Assembly: GCA_035564115.1 (NCBI GenBank)
Contig: DATMTN010000012.1
Coordinates: forward strand, 25,673 to 89,672
Direction: 5' to 3'
DNA length: 64,000 nucleotides
Source of the DNA: Candidatus Microsaccharimonas sp.
GTDB lineage: Bacteria > Patescibacteriota > Saccharimonadia > Saccharimonadales > UBA4665
The position numbers and the translations under genes were made by a program. Shown piece by piece: positions 8,070 to 16,488 of this stretch. The first letter of the stretch is position 1. Each line of letters starts with the position of its first letter. The notes beneath the pieces were generated by a model. That model saw only the letters and a program-made list of their open reading frames with translations. It had not been told where the DNA came from and did not search any database.

Positions 8070-9236
8070 CTAGCGAGCGTGATGTACTGCACGCTTCTTG
8101 TGCTGTGTGTGACGGTGGCGGATGTGGAATATGTAGCCACCCAAGATAGCAGCACCGAACACTATCAGGATTGCACCTGGACCGGTGTTGGGTAGCGATG
8201 TGGCAGCGGCTTGAACGGCGACAGGTGTGGGTTGCTCACAATCAGCAGGGTTCTTACTGTACTTCGTGCTGTTAAAGGTATTGTCTTTAATAGTCACCAT
8301 AGCCTTGGTGGTGAGATTACAGACTGTCATGGTGCCCGGAGGCGGCGTACATGCTGCTAAGTTTTTGCTCTCAGTCTTGCTGTTGAAGGCATCATTTTGA
8401 ATGGTAATGATCTGTAGCTTGGTAAGGTCGCAGACTTTGATCTGACAATCAGCAGGGTTCTTACTGTACTTCGTGCTGTCAAAGGCTGTCTCCTTGATAG
8501 TTACCATGTGCTTTGTCGCCAGGTAACAGACGGTGATGTTGGGAACTGGCGGCGGTGGTGGCGGTGAGGTGGTGGGCGTGCCAGTGACGCTGTTGCCGCA
8601 AGGAGCCAAAATCGCAAACTGGAAGACGTTATTCTTCATGACGACATAGGCAGGAGCGGAGTGGTGCGACCACGAGCTGGCGAGCGATCGGACATAGAAT
8701 GTCGCGCCGCCGGAGGTTACTTGGCGATCACCGCTTGTCACGCGCTGACGGGCTTCAGTGAGCACATTTTTGGCTACGAGTTTGCCGCCGACTTTGACGG
8801 TGCCGTCGTCGTAGACTGTACCAGCAACGGCCGAGGTATCCATGCCCGAAATATCAGAGGAACTGATGCCCATGTGGGCATACACGGCTTGTATATAGTT
8901 GCTCGCGCGGTATTTCGCTTGCAAGTCATTGGTAGAGGAGACGCCACAGTTAATGATTGAGAAAGAGTCGCAGTCTTGACCGGTTGCGATGCTGAGGGCA
9001 CTGGTATGACCAATTTTACCAAGTGGGACAAGGGTGACAATACCCACAAACGCACCAACAACCATACCGTGAACGAATTTCGGTGTCAGATGATATAGGC
9101 GCTTCGCGTGATGACGCAGACCTTTTGGAGTGGTCGTCCTTTTGGCCAGCACAGGAGTCTTGCGCGTCTTTTTGGCGACACTTGCTCGGCTGTTCGAAAT
9201 TTTCCTTACAGGGGTGGTTTTCTTTTTCATATCCAA
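8070..9236 (-). CDS. LPXTG-anchored cell-surface protein with three Cys-x26-Cys repeats
   Basis: The C-terminus reads LPNTG, then a hydrophobic helix, then the basic tail HIRHRHTQHKKRAVHHAR, which is a sortase sorting signal. The N-terminus is basic with a TM/signal anchor. A PPPPPPP linker is followed by three repeat units. Confidence 0.75.
   Translation of the reverse strand: MDMKKKTTPVRKISNSRASVAKKTRKTPVLAKRTTTPKGLRHHAKRLYHLTPKFVHGMVVGAFVGIVTLVPLGKIGHTSALSIATGQDCDSFSIINCGVSSTNDLQAKYRASNYIQAVYAHMGISSSDISGMDTSAVAGTVYDDGTVKVGGKLVAKNVLTEARQRVTSGDRQVTSGGATFYVRSLASSWSHHSAPAYVVMKNNVFQFAILAPCGNSVTGTPTTSPPPPPPVPNITVCYLATKHMVTIKETAFDSTKYSKNPADCQIKVCDLTKLQIITIQNDAFNSKTESKNLAACTPPPGTMTVCNLTTKAMVTIKDNTFNSTKYSKNPADCEQPTPVAVQAAATSLPNTGPGAILIVFGAAILGGYIFHIRHRHTQHKKRAVHHAR
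8238..8530 (-). repeat. Three tandem coding repeats inside the LPXTG protein
   Basis: Each unit reads VC.L....(V/I)TI....F.S....SKN.A.C and is bounded by Cys codons at 8528/8447, 8432/8351 and 8321/8240. A 35-nt stretch is identical between units 1 and 3 (8445-8479 versus 8238-8272). Confidence 0.8.
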
Positions 9237-9337
9237 TATTTTTATGTTTTTAATGCTTATGGTTGATTATACCCTAGAATCGAGCATTGTCTAGCGCGGC
9301 GGTTGCATTCTCTCGCTCGTTTGGACATACTTGGCCT

Positions 9338-9745
9338 ATGAGTCTAAACACACCAAAACCATCAGCACCCAAGCAGCCCTCAACCAAACCGTCCATTATG
9401 GGCGGTGTTTTTTCAATTCTTGCCCTAATTGGCGCGGGAATCGCTCATTTTCTAACCCATTCTGAATCACGCTCGCACACGACGGTCACGACAGCAGTCG
9501 GTACCGTAAGCAACGGTCCGATCGCACAGGTCGCATCTAAATCAATCACCGGCATCTTGAGCCTACCCTTTATCGTGGGAGCAATTTGTTTTGCACTACT
9601 GGCTATGCTGCTGACTGTCCTCCGTCTGCGCAAGGTAAAGGCCGGCGGCCTATTCTGGAGTATCGTTTGGATTCTGCTAAGTATTTGGTCTATTGGTCTT
9701 GCGGCCGGTGCGCTCAGTACCTTGAAGGCTCACCCTGCAAGTTAG
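9338..9745 (+). CDS. Hypothetical integral membrane protein
   Basis: Start taken at the ATG at 9338 (the track begins at a TTG at 9287). Four hydrophobic segments are visible and no motif was recognised. Confidence 0.4.
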   Translation: MSLNTPKPSAPKQPSTKPSIMGGVFSILALIGAGIAHFLTHSESRSHTTVTTAVGTVSNGPIAQVASKSITGILSLPFIVGAICFALLAMLLTVLRLRKVKAGGLFWSIVWILLSIWSIGLAAGALSTLKAHPAS

Positions 9746-9818
9746 AACTGCACAATTTCTTACCACTGATTCTGAAGCGCAACGTATATAATGCAGCCAT
9801 AACTATAGGAGGCACCCA

Positions 9819-10238
9819 ATGCAGTCAAAACTCAATCCGTACATCAGCTTCGATGGTAACGCACGCCAAGCGATGGAATTTTATCAGACTGTCTTTAGCG
9901 GGGAACTGACACTGTCGACATTTGGTGAAGCCGGTATGACCGACCATGGGGTCCAGCCAGACGGTATCATGCATGCTTCGTTGATTACGCCCAATGGTAT
10001 CACGCTGATGGCGTCAGATGCTGCGACAGGCATGCGCGAATATGTTGCCGGTACGAATATGAGTATGTCGCTCAGTGGTGATAATGAAGCAGAGCTGACC
10101 GACTACTACAACAAACTGGCTGACGGTGGCAAGGTAGAGCAGCCGCTCACCAAAGCACCGTGGGGCGATACCTTTGGCATGTGTATCGACAAGTTCGGCA
10201 TCTTTTGGATGGTGAATATTACCGGACCGACCGCGTAG
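9819..10238 (+). CDS. VOC-superfamily protein, PhnB/YjdN-like
   Basis: A GGAGG Shine-Dalgarno lies 6 nt upstream. The N-terminus NPYISFDGNARQAMEFYQTVFSGE and the C-terminal WGDTFGMCIDKFGIFWMVN are typical of this family. Confidence 0.7.
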   Translation: MQSKLNPYISFDGNARQAMEFYQTVFSGELTLSTFGEAGMTDHGVQPDGIMHASLITPNGITLMASDAATGMREYVAGTNMSMSLSGDNEAELTDYYNKLADGGKVEQPLTKAPWGDTFGMCIDKFGIFWMVNITGPTA

Positions 10239-10241
10239 ATA

Positions 10242-10640
10242 CTAGTTCTTCGCTTCGTTTAGGCTGACGGCTTCGTCGATAAGCGCTTTCAAACCTGCTT
10301 CATCTAGAGCCATGTCTTCTGAGAAATCTATGGCACGCACAGCATTACCGTCTAGCCGGGTATTAAATAGCTTGTTGGGATCAGCTAACTGGGCGCCCTT
10401 GGGAAAGGTAAGCCGTACGGCATTCTTGAGCATCTCGCCAATGCAGATATTACCGTTCAGCGACCAGACGGGCACGCCCTCTGGCTTGGACGGCTTTTTC
10501 CATTTCACTTCTTCCACCAGATCCGGATTTGTCTGGAGGATGACGGCGCGCAGACTGGCAAGTGTTTTCCCACGCCAATCATTCGCTGCGGCAACGATAG
10601 CGTCGATTTGTTCCGATGCAGATTTTTCAGATTCGCTCAT
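10242..10640 (-). CDS. DUF1801 (YdhG-like) domain protein
   Basis: Start trimmed to MSESEK (10640) so it does not overlap the upstream gene. The motif WRGKTLASLRAVILQTNPDLVEEVKWKKP...PVWSLNGNIC is family-typical. Confidence 0.65.
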   Translation of the reverse strand: MSESEKSASEQIDAIVAAANDWRGKTLASLRAVILQTNPDLVEEVKWKKPSKPEGVPVWSLNGNICIGEMLKNAVRLTFPKGAQLADPNKLFNTRLDGNAVRAIDFSEDMALDEAGLKALIDEAVSLNEAKN

Positions 10641-10650
10641 AGTTTGCTCC

Positions 10651-11235
10651 TTAGTAGCTGACTGCTTGCGTGAGGACGTCAGCGATGGCTTTTGAGTCAA
10701 TGTTGTTCAACTTCCAAGCTTGGTCGCAACCAGGAATGCTTGGCGCGTAGTAAATGTGCATGGTTTTACCATTGCTGAGGGCGATACTACCGTCCAGTTT
10801 CCACTTCGGATTCACGGGGTAGGATGGCGTCACGAAATCGGCGTAGGCAACTTCCGTACAGTCGAACTGCTGGGTGGTGCTCACGGCATTGCCCGCCAGA
10901 TCATGGGTACTGATCGACAGCGTGGCTGGGAATACTTTGGTGTCGCCAGGCAGTTTGTAGTCGTCGGTGTAGGTGTATACCAGGCCTTCCGCTAGGGCTG
11001 AATCAGGTAGTTTTAGCTTAGCCAGCGGCAAATATACAGCCTGCTCGTTCGGTAGAATGGTGGCATCAATGTAGTTTGTGCCATGGATGGATGCTTGGTT
11101 GGCTTGTACTTGATCGAGTTGAGCTTGGAGTGAGCTGCTTTCGGCCCGTTGATGTAACCACAGGGCAAGTGAGCTGGCTGCAATAAGGAGTACAAGTACG
11201 AGATAGACGTAGTGGCGGGGCTGACTTTTCTGCAT
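10651..11235 (-). CDS. Hypothetical membrane-anchored/secreted protein (two Cys; pilin-domain-like layout)
   Basis: An N-terminal TM helix (YVYLVLVLLIAASSLALWL) is followed by a soluble domain with one Cys pair. Confidence 0.45.
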   Translation of the reverse strand: MQKSQPRHYVYLVLVLLIAASSLALWLHQRAESSSLQAQLDQVQANQASIHGTNYIDATILPNEQAVYLPLAKLKLPDSALAEGLVYTYTDDYKLPGDTKVFPATLSISTHDLAGNAVSTTQQFDCTEVAYADFVTPSYPVNPKWKLDGSIALSNGKTMHIYYAPSIPGCDQAWKLNNIDSKAIADVLTQAVSY

Positions 11236-11350
11236 GGTTTTCGGTTCTTAGATGACCTTTCATGCTCAATATATCGCTTCAAACGAGCTTACGCAATGGA
11301 AAGATGATAAGCCTCTTGCAGGCGATAAAAGGATTTGAGAGCTTGGCATA

Positions 11351-11377
11351 TAAAAATTACCTACACGAAGCAGGTAC
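11351..11377 (-). terminator. Rho-independent terminator after tRNA-Gln
   Basis: The minus strand reads TACCTGC-ttcgt-GTAGGTA (7 bp including one G-U), followed by ATTTTTA. Confidence 0.5.
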
Positions 11378-11385
11378 TTTTTATA

Positions 11386-11459
11386 TGGCTAGGGATGAGG
11401 GATTCGAACCCCCGATCACGGGACCAGAACCCGTTGCCTTACCACTTGGCCAATCCCTA
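11386..11459 (-). tRNA. tRNA-Gln (anticodon CTG), CCA encoded
   Basis: The reverse complement is TAGGGATTGGCCAAGTGGTAAGGCAACGGGTTCTGGTCCCGTGATCGGGGGTTCGAATCCCTCATCCCTAGCCA. The acceptor stem is TAGGGAT/ATCCCTA and the anticodon stem ACGGG/CCCGT closes the loop TTCTGGT. The T-loop is GGTTCGAATCC. Confidence 0.85.
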
Positions 11460-11678
11460 ACGTTTGTAATGATAAAGAAGTTTTATATGACCGAAGGTCA
11501 TATACACACTTCTTGTATCATCGCGCCGGGCGCCGAAATGAATTCGGCCGCTCGGGCTGCTCTTTTCCCTCGAGCTACAGGTCGAAATTATAACGCATTT
11601 GTCCCTGTTATGCCAGTCTTTTCGACCTAAGCCATAACGACTATGCTACAATAGCTTCACTTAACAATTTTAAATATA

Positions 11679-11788
11679 CAGAGTGCAGTGAGAGATCTAG
11701 CTCGTCGACCTGCCAGCAACCTGCGCCCAGCGTAAGGTGCTCCATCTAGCCCGCCAGGACAGCGCGGGGAAGATATGAACCTCGTTTT
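11679..11788 (+). ncRNA. Candidate SAM riboswitch aptamer (SAM-I clan; SAM-I/IV-like core)
   Basis: Sits directly upstream of metK. The core strings are GAGTGCAG (11681-88), CTGC-CAGCAACC (11710-21) and GGTGC (11736-40). Pairings are P2 GCAG/CTGC and P3 ACC-TGCGC-cca-GCGTA-a-GGT, with a further hairpin CCCGC/GCGGG. An extended -10 (TGCTACAAT) lies at 11644-52. Confidence 0.5.
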
Positions 11789-11828
11789 ATATCCTTTCCT
11801 GCGTACATCGGCAGAAAGGATATTTTTA
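11789..11828 (+). terminator. Intrinsic terminator forming the riboswitch expression platform
   Basis: Stem ATATCCTTTCCTGC / GCAGAAAGGATAT (13 bp with one bulge) is followed by TTTT. The 3' arm contains the only SD-like AAAGGA, 14 nt before the metK ATG. Confidence 0.6.
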
Positions 11829-11833
11829 ATATC

Positions 11834-12952
11834 ATGTCAAAAACAACCTATTTCACGAGTGAGTCAGTCTGCGCTGGTCACCCCGACAAGATCTGCGATG
11901 GCATCAGTGATGCGATTGTCGATGCGATTCTGGCCCAAGACCCACATGCCCGCACGGGTGTTGAAACGGTAGCCGGTGCGAACCAGATCTGTCTGTTTGG
12001 TGAGATCAACACGACGGCAAAGGTTGATTTCGAGGCAATTGCCCGTCAGAAAATTGCCGAGCTGGGCTACACCAACCAAGCCTGGGGATTTGGCCCGGAG
12101 TCGAGTTTTAGTAACGATATCCACCAGCAGTCACCTGAGATTGCCCAGGGCGTAGATGGTGACGATACCGGCGCCGGTGACCAGGGTATGATGTTTGGCT
12201 TTGCCATCGACGAAACGCCCGAACTGATGCCCTTGCCGGTAGCAATTGCGCATAACATTGCCAAAAAGATTGATGAAACTCGCGAAAACGGCAGGCTCAC
12301 ATGGCTACGCCCAGATGGCAAGTCTCAGGTGACGGTGCGCTATGAAGACGGTAAGCCAGTGGGTATCGAAAAGCTCGTCGTTGCAGTTGCTCACCACGAA
12401 GAAACCAGTGCAGAGCAAGTTAGAACAGAGGTCATAACTAGCATCCTACTACCAGTACTCGATAGCTATGGTTACAAACTACCTAGCGAGGAAAACATCG
12501 TCATCAACGGCACCGGCCTGTGGCACATCCCCGGGCCGGAGTCTGACGCTGGCCTGACCGGTCGCAAAATTGTTGTCGATACCTACGGCGGCTACGCCCG
12601 AGTTGGCGGCGGTGCTTTTAGTGGCAAAGACCCATCCAAGGTCGATCGTTCCGGTGCCTACGCCGCGCGCTACATTGCCAAAAACATTGTGGCCGCTGGC
12701 CTGGCGACCAAGTGTGAAGTGGGCCTGGCCTATGTTATCGGTCAGCCAAAACCACTCATGCAGACTATCGAAACATTCGGTACTGCCACGGTCGGCGACG
12801 ACGAGCTGTACGCTTTCAAGGACAAGCTCATCAACACCAGTGTACGGGGCATCATTGAAAAGTTGGATTTACAAAGACCGCTCTACGGCCAAACCAGCGC
12901 CTACGGCCACTTCGGTAAGGCGGAGCTCCCATGGGAGCAAATTGCTTCCTAA
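11834..12952 (+). CDS. metK: S-adenosylmethionine synthetase
   Basis: Motifs GHPDKICDGISDA, GAGDQGMMFG and DAGLTGRKIVVDTYGG are present, with full-length similarity to the family pattern. Confidence 0.95.
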   Translation: MSKTTYFTSESVCAGHPDKICDGISDAIVDAILAQDPHARTGVETVAGANQICLFGEINTTAKVDFEAIARQKIAELGYTNQAWGFGPESSFSNDIHQQSPEIAQGVDGDDTGAGDQGMMFGFAIDETPELMPLPVAIAHNIAKKIDETRENGRLTWLRPDGKSQVTVRYEDGKPVGIEKLVVAVAHHEETSAEQVRTEVITSILLPVLDSYGYKLPSEENIVINGTGLWHIPGPESDAGLTGRKIVVDTYGGYARVGGGAFSGKDPSKVDRSGAYAARYIAKNIVAAGLATKCEVGLAYVIGQPKPLMQTIETFGTATVGDDELYAFKDKLINTSVRGIIEKLDLQRPLYGQTSAYGHFGKAELPWEQIAS

Positions 12953-12980
12953 GACGCCACATCTGGGCTACAATGCAACT

Positions 12981-13871
12981 ATGAATGCGTTACTGGCGGA
13001 AACAAAAACTATTCTCGGCGACATGTACGACATCGAACCAGAGCTCTACTGGTCTGAAGTGCCTACCGCAAGCGGACCAGTCCCCGTGCACGACCTGTGG
13101 CAGCGGTTCAATGACAGTCCCTATGGCCAACACATGGGCACTCAGCCCCTGCGCTATGCGCAGTCATATGGCCATGATCCTGAGTTGATGGTTCGTAACC
13201 TGGGCGCCGATGTCCTGCCGCTGCTCCATCAATACGAAACCGGCCTGTACGGAGCGGGGATGATTAAGGCAGAGCGTAGTGAGGGTACGATTTACTCTAT
13301 GGATGACGAGAACGCGGCAATTACACTGTTCGCCCTCTCAATTCATGACATGGGCGAAACCACCCACGAAGCGGTTCGAGAGGCTGTGGGGGCCACAGTC
13401 GGTGATATCGAATACGGACGTAAGACACCCGAAGATCGTAGGATTGAGGCCAATGTCCGAAAATTCCTGTACGCCACCGTATTCCCCGATGTCGACAAGC
13501 CAGTCCTCGATGAGGCCGAAGCTATCATCGCGCACCAGGATAACGGCCTGCGTCACGAGGTTTTCGAAGCGTCTCACGATTTACAATCTGTCGTAACAGC
13601 TGCTCGGGCCCGTATCGCTTTTGAGCGTGGACTGTCGGGCCTCTTGGTCGCGGCAAACCCAGACCATCACCACGACGAGGCCCTGGCACTGCGGAAGCTG
13701 CACAACTTGTATGTGGCGGTAAATACTTCATATAGCGAGCATATGGAACGATCGGCAGCACAGTTTGGTTTTACGCGTAAAGCGTTGCCCATGATTCGGC
13801 GAGCAATTGCCGAGGCAGGTGCACAGACTGATGTGCACTATGATGCGTATCGTCGCGCGCTAAATGGCTAG
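12981..13871 (+). CDS. Hypothetical protein, possible HD-superfamily phosphohydrolase (YfbR-like)
   Basis: Track ORF 12570 trimmed to the ATG at 12981, which lies 6 nt after TACAAT. The stretch LFALSIHDMGETTHEAVREAVGATVGDI resembles the HD...E...GD segment of 5'-nucleotidase-type HD domains. Confidence 0.45.
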   Translation: MNALLAETKTILGDMYDIEPELYWSEVPTASGPVPVHDLWQRFNDSPYGQHMGTQPLRYAQSYGHDPELMVRNLGADVLPLLHQYETGLYGAGMIKAERSEGTIYSMDDENAAITLFALSIHDMGETTHEAVREAVGATVGDIEYGRKTPEDRRIEANVRKFLYATVFPDVDKPVLDEAEAIIAHQDNGLRHEVFEASHDLQSVVTAARARIAFERGLSGLLVAANPDHHHDEALALRKLHNLYVAVNTSYSEHMERSAAQFGFTRKALPMIRRAIAEAGAQTDVHYDAYRRALNG

Positions 13872-15037
13872 TTTGCGATGTCGTCGGGCAAGAAGCCGGC
13901 TTCCGGTTGGAAGTCGGCTTGCCATTTGTAGCCCTTGCCATAGTCCAGCTCTTTCATGAGTTTGGTCGGGGCATTACGCAGGTGCAGTGGCACCGGCGAA
14001 TCGGGATACTCACGTGCCAACGATTTGTACTGCGACATCAGGTCAGCGACTTCGCGTGATTTCTGGGATCGGGCCAAGCCGATAGCGCAGTGGTACAGAT
14101 TGTATTCACATTCCGGCAGGCCAATACGCTCCACAGCTTGGAAGGTGGCGACGGCCAGTGATAGGCCGCCGTTGCCGGCCAGGCCAATGTCTTCGGAGGC
14201 AAAAATTACCATGCGACGAGCGATAAACTTTGGGTCTTCGCCAGCCTGTAGCATCCGGGCCATGTAGTACAAGGCACCCTCCACGGACGAGCCACGCAAG
14301 GACTTTATGAACGCACTAATGATGTTGTAATGCATCTCACCGGCTTTGTCGTAGCCGGGAATACGCTTCTGGGCGGCGGTCTTCACGACTTCTGGCGTAA
14401 TAGCTTTGCCGCCACTGAGTTCGAGCGCTAGCTGCAAGTTGCCCAGGGCCACGCGGGCGTCGCCGCCTGACAGCTCGGCGAGCAGCTCAACACTCTTGGC
14501 CGGGAGGATTTTAGCTGAAAGTTTTAACTCCTTAGCCGCCCGCTTGACGACGGTAGTAATAGCCGCCTTGTCAAGCGGTTCTAGCACCAGCACACGCGAG
14601 CGACTCAGCAGTGGCGTTATAACTTCAAAACTCGGGTTCTCGGTGGTCGCACCGATCAGCACAATGGTGCCGGCCTCAACATGGGGCAGAAAAGCGTCCT
14701 GCTGGGCCTTATTGAAGCGGTGAATTTCATCGACAAATAGGATAGTGCGCATACCTAGGCGTTGATTTTGCTCGGCCAGCTGTACGACCTTTACGACGTC
14801 GGCCTTGCCAGCCGTGACGGCACTGAGCTCTACAAACTCCGCGTCGGTTTCGTGCGCGATAATGCGGGCCAGGGTGGTCTTGCCGGAGCCCGGTGGCCCC
14901 CACAGTATCAGGCTGGTCGGCTGGTTGTTGGCGATAATCTCGTGAATGATCTTGCCAGCCGACACCAAATGCTCCTGGCCAATCACCTCGGCCAGTTTTG
15001 TGGGGCGCATCCTCTCGGCAAGCGGTCTCGTATCCAT
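13868..15037 (-). CDS. rarA: Replication-associated recombination protein A (AAA+ ATPase)
   Basis: Walker A GPPGSGKTTLA, Walker B LFVDEIHRFNK and the MgsA C-terminal region are present. The start is set at MDTRPLAERMRP (15037) because a minus-strand TATACT lies 6 nt upstream. Confidence 0.85.
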   Translation of the reverse strand: MDTRPLAERMRPTKLAEVIGQEHLVSAGKIIHEIIANNQPTSLILWGPPGSGKTTLARIIAHETDAEFVELSAVTAGKADVVKVVQLAEQNQRLGMRTILFVDEIHRFNKAQQDAFLPHVEAGTIVLIGATTENPSFEVITPLLSRSRVLVLEPLDKAAITTVVKRAAKELKLSAKILPAKSVELLAELSGGDARVALGNLQLALELSGGKAITPEVVKTAAQKRIPGYDKAGEMHYNIISAFIKSLRGSSVEGALYYMARMLQAGEDPKFIARRMVIFASEDIGLAGNGGLSLAVATFQAVERIGLPECEYNLYHCAIGLARSQKSREVADLMSQYKSLAREYPDSPVPLHLRNAPTKLMKELDYGKGYKWQADFQPEAGFLPDDIAN

Positions 15038-15097
15038 GTGAATAGTATAGCCTGTCGCTTCCATACCAGACACAGAAAATATGTTACACTATGGAAA

Positions 15098-15514
15098 ATG
15101 AGTGAAGTCAAACAATCGATTATTGGTCTAGAACGTGCCGACCTCACGGACGAAGTCTGGCAGGGTGTCGCTGAAGCGTATGTGCGCAGCGCCTACCAGC
15201 TTCACGATGATGAAACGGTATCGAGTCGTCGTTGGTTCAATACGACGGTCGACGACATCGAGCGCAGCTACGGTGAATTTCGTTTTGGTTCGACTATCAC
15301 GCTCCATTCAAAGCTGCTTGTTTGCGACATGTCTCGGCTGGCAGTGCACTTTACCTTCGATGCCCATGCCGAACCACATGAGCTTACCTGGGCCAAACGC
15401 TTACTCGGTGTCACCCCAGAGAGCATCCAGGCTGATTTTTCGGCTCGGCAGGCAGCCTGGCTCGGTGAGCTTGGTCTCGCCCGCGAAATCACTGACTGCT
15501 ATCACGCCCGCTAG
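15098..15514 (+). CDS. Hypothetical protein
   Basis: Track ORF 14762 trimmed to the ATG at 15098, which lies 7 nt after TGTTACACT. No motif was recognised. Confidence 0.4.
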   Translation: MSEVKQSIIGLERADLTDEVWQGVAEAYVRSAYQLHDDETVSSRRWFNTTVDDIERSYGEFRFGSTITLHSKLLVCDMSRLAVHFTFDAHAEPHELTWAKRLLGVTPESIQADFSARQAAWLGELGLAREITDCYHAR

Positions 15515-16488
15515 CGCTTCTTTAGGCGGTCAGTTTCGTCTTCGATTTCGTGGCCAACAATTTCTTCAATCACGTCTTCAATAGTTACGATACCAACGAT
15601 TTCGTCATCGCGTTCAATTGGCAGTAGGTGAGTGCCGGAATTTATAAACTTGCGGAACATAGTGTCGAGCGCCGTCATACTACCAACGATTTGTGATGGA
15701 TAGAGCGGCAGATCTTCAACCTTTTGTGGTTCCTCGTCGAAGTCCATGTCGACCAAATCCTTCATGAGCATCACCCCATAGCAGCGGGTTAACTTCTTAT
15801 CAAATATTGGGATGCGGCTAAAGCCGTGCTGCTTGATTTCATTAATCTTGGCACCGTCAACAACTGTCTGAGGCGTCAGCCAGAAGACATTTCGCATCTT
15901 GGTCATGATGTCACGGACTCGTTTTTCGCTGAGCTGCAGGGCACCACGAATGATCTCGACTTCGTCTTCATCGAGCTCGCTCTCCTTGGTACCGAGGTGT
16001 TCGGAAATCATAATACCGAGTTCCTGGCGGCTTTGTAGGTAAATTGACTCATCCTTCAGCAAGCTGTCGAGCATGAGCTGGAGTAGTTTCGAGACGGGGT
16101 AGGTGATAAAAATCATAAGCTTGACGATGGGACTGAACAGCGCCATGAAGTACAGCGCCCGGCGAGCGATGAGAGCTTGTGGTAGGATTTCGCCAAATAT
16201 AACGATAAGCAGCGTACTGAGGATGCCCGCAAATACGCCGTAGAGCACACTTTCGAGCACCAGCGAGCTGGTTGAGACGGCAGCGACGTTGGTAAGCAAA
16301 ATAGCTGATAGTGAGAGGTGGGTGTTTTGGCGGAGGGGTAGTACTCGTTTAGCCTCATGCCGACCTAGCTTGGCTTTGCGTTTCAAATCTTGCAAGTCGA
16401 GGCTCATGAGGGCAACATTCAAGCCTGAGCACATCGCCGAGATGGCGATGAGGATAATGACGATCAGGATGACAAGGGGTGTGCTCAC
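15511..16488 (-). CDS. CNNM/DUF21 transporter with a CBS pair (CorC/HlyC-family, putative Mg2+/Co2+ efflux)
   Basis: The N-terminal DUF21 region has four TM helices and is followed by two CBS-like repeats. The start is a GTG. Confidence 0.75.
   Translation of the reverse strand: MSTPLVILIVIILIAISAMCSGLNVALMSLDLQDLKRKAKLGRHEAKRVLPLRQNTHLSLSAILLTNVAAVSTSSLVLESVLYGVFAGILSTLLIVIFGEILPQALIARRALYFMALFSPIVKLMIFITYPVSKLLQLMLDSLLKDESIYLQSRQELGIMISEHLGTKESELDEDEVEIIRGALQLSEKRVRDIMTKMRNVFWLTPQTVVDGAKINEIKQHGFSRIPIFDKKLTRCYGVMLMKDLVDMDFDEEPQKVEDLPLYPSQIVGSMTALDTMFRKFINSGTHLLPIERDDEIVGIVTIEDVIEEIVGHEIEDETDRLKKR

Noticed and set aside
11540-11600. An SRP (4.5S) RNA-like string on the minus strand (GGGAAAAGAGCAGCCCGAG versus the conserved GGAAGGAAGCAGCC).
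   Set aside because: The residues flanking the putative tetraloop cannot pair. The 5' conserved AGGUCAGG element is absent, and I could not build the domain IV symmetric and asymmetric loops. The similarity is limited to AGCAGCC.
11262-11630. A 122-aa ORF spanning the tRNA-Gln locus.
   Set aside because: It overlaps the tRNA on the opposite strand. It has no start signals and no recognisable motif, so it is most likely a chance frame.
11236-11640. A possible integrated mobile element or genomic island at tRNA-Gln.
   Set aside because: There is no integrase, recombinase or transposase, and no direct repeat of the tRNA 3' end. The flanking genes are ordinary housekeeping or exported proteins.
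12570-12980. Long N-terminal extensions in the ORF track: 12570 into metK, 14762 into rarA, 21582 into yajQ, 58468 into trmH, and 16479, 18024, 23789, 29435, 37392, 42275, 7520, 9287, 33635.
   Set aside because: The extensions overlap well-supported neighbouring genes or run upstream of a clear -10 element or SD. The family-typical N-termini begin at the internal Met used in the feature table.
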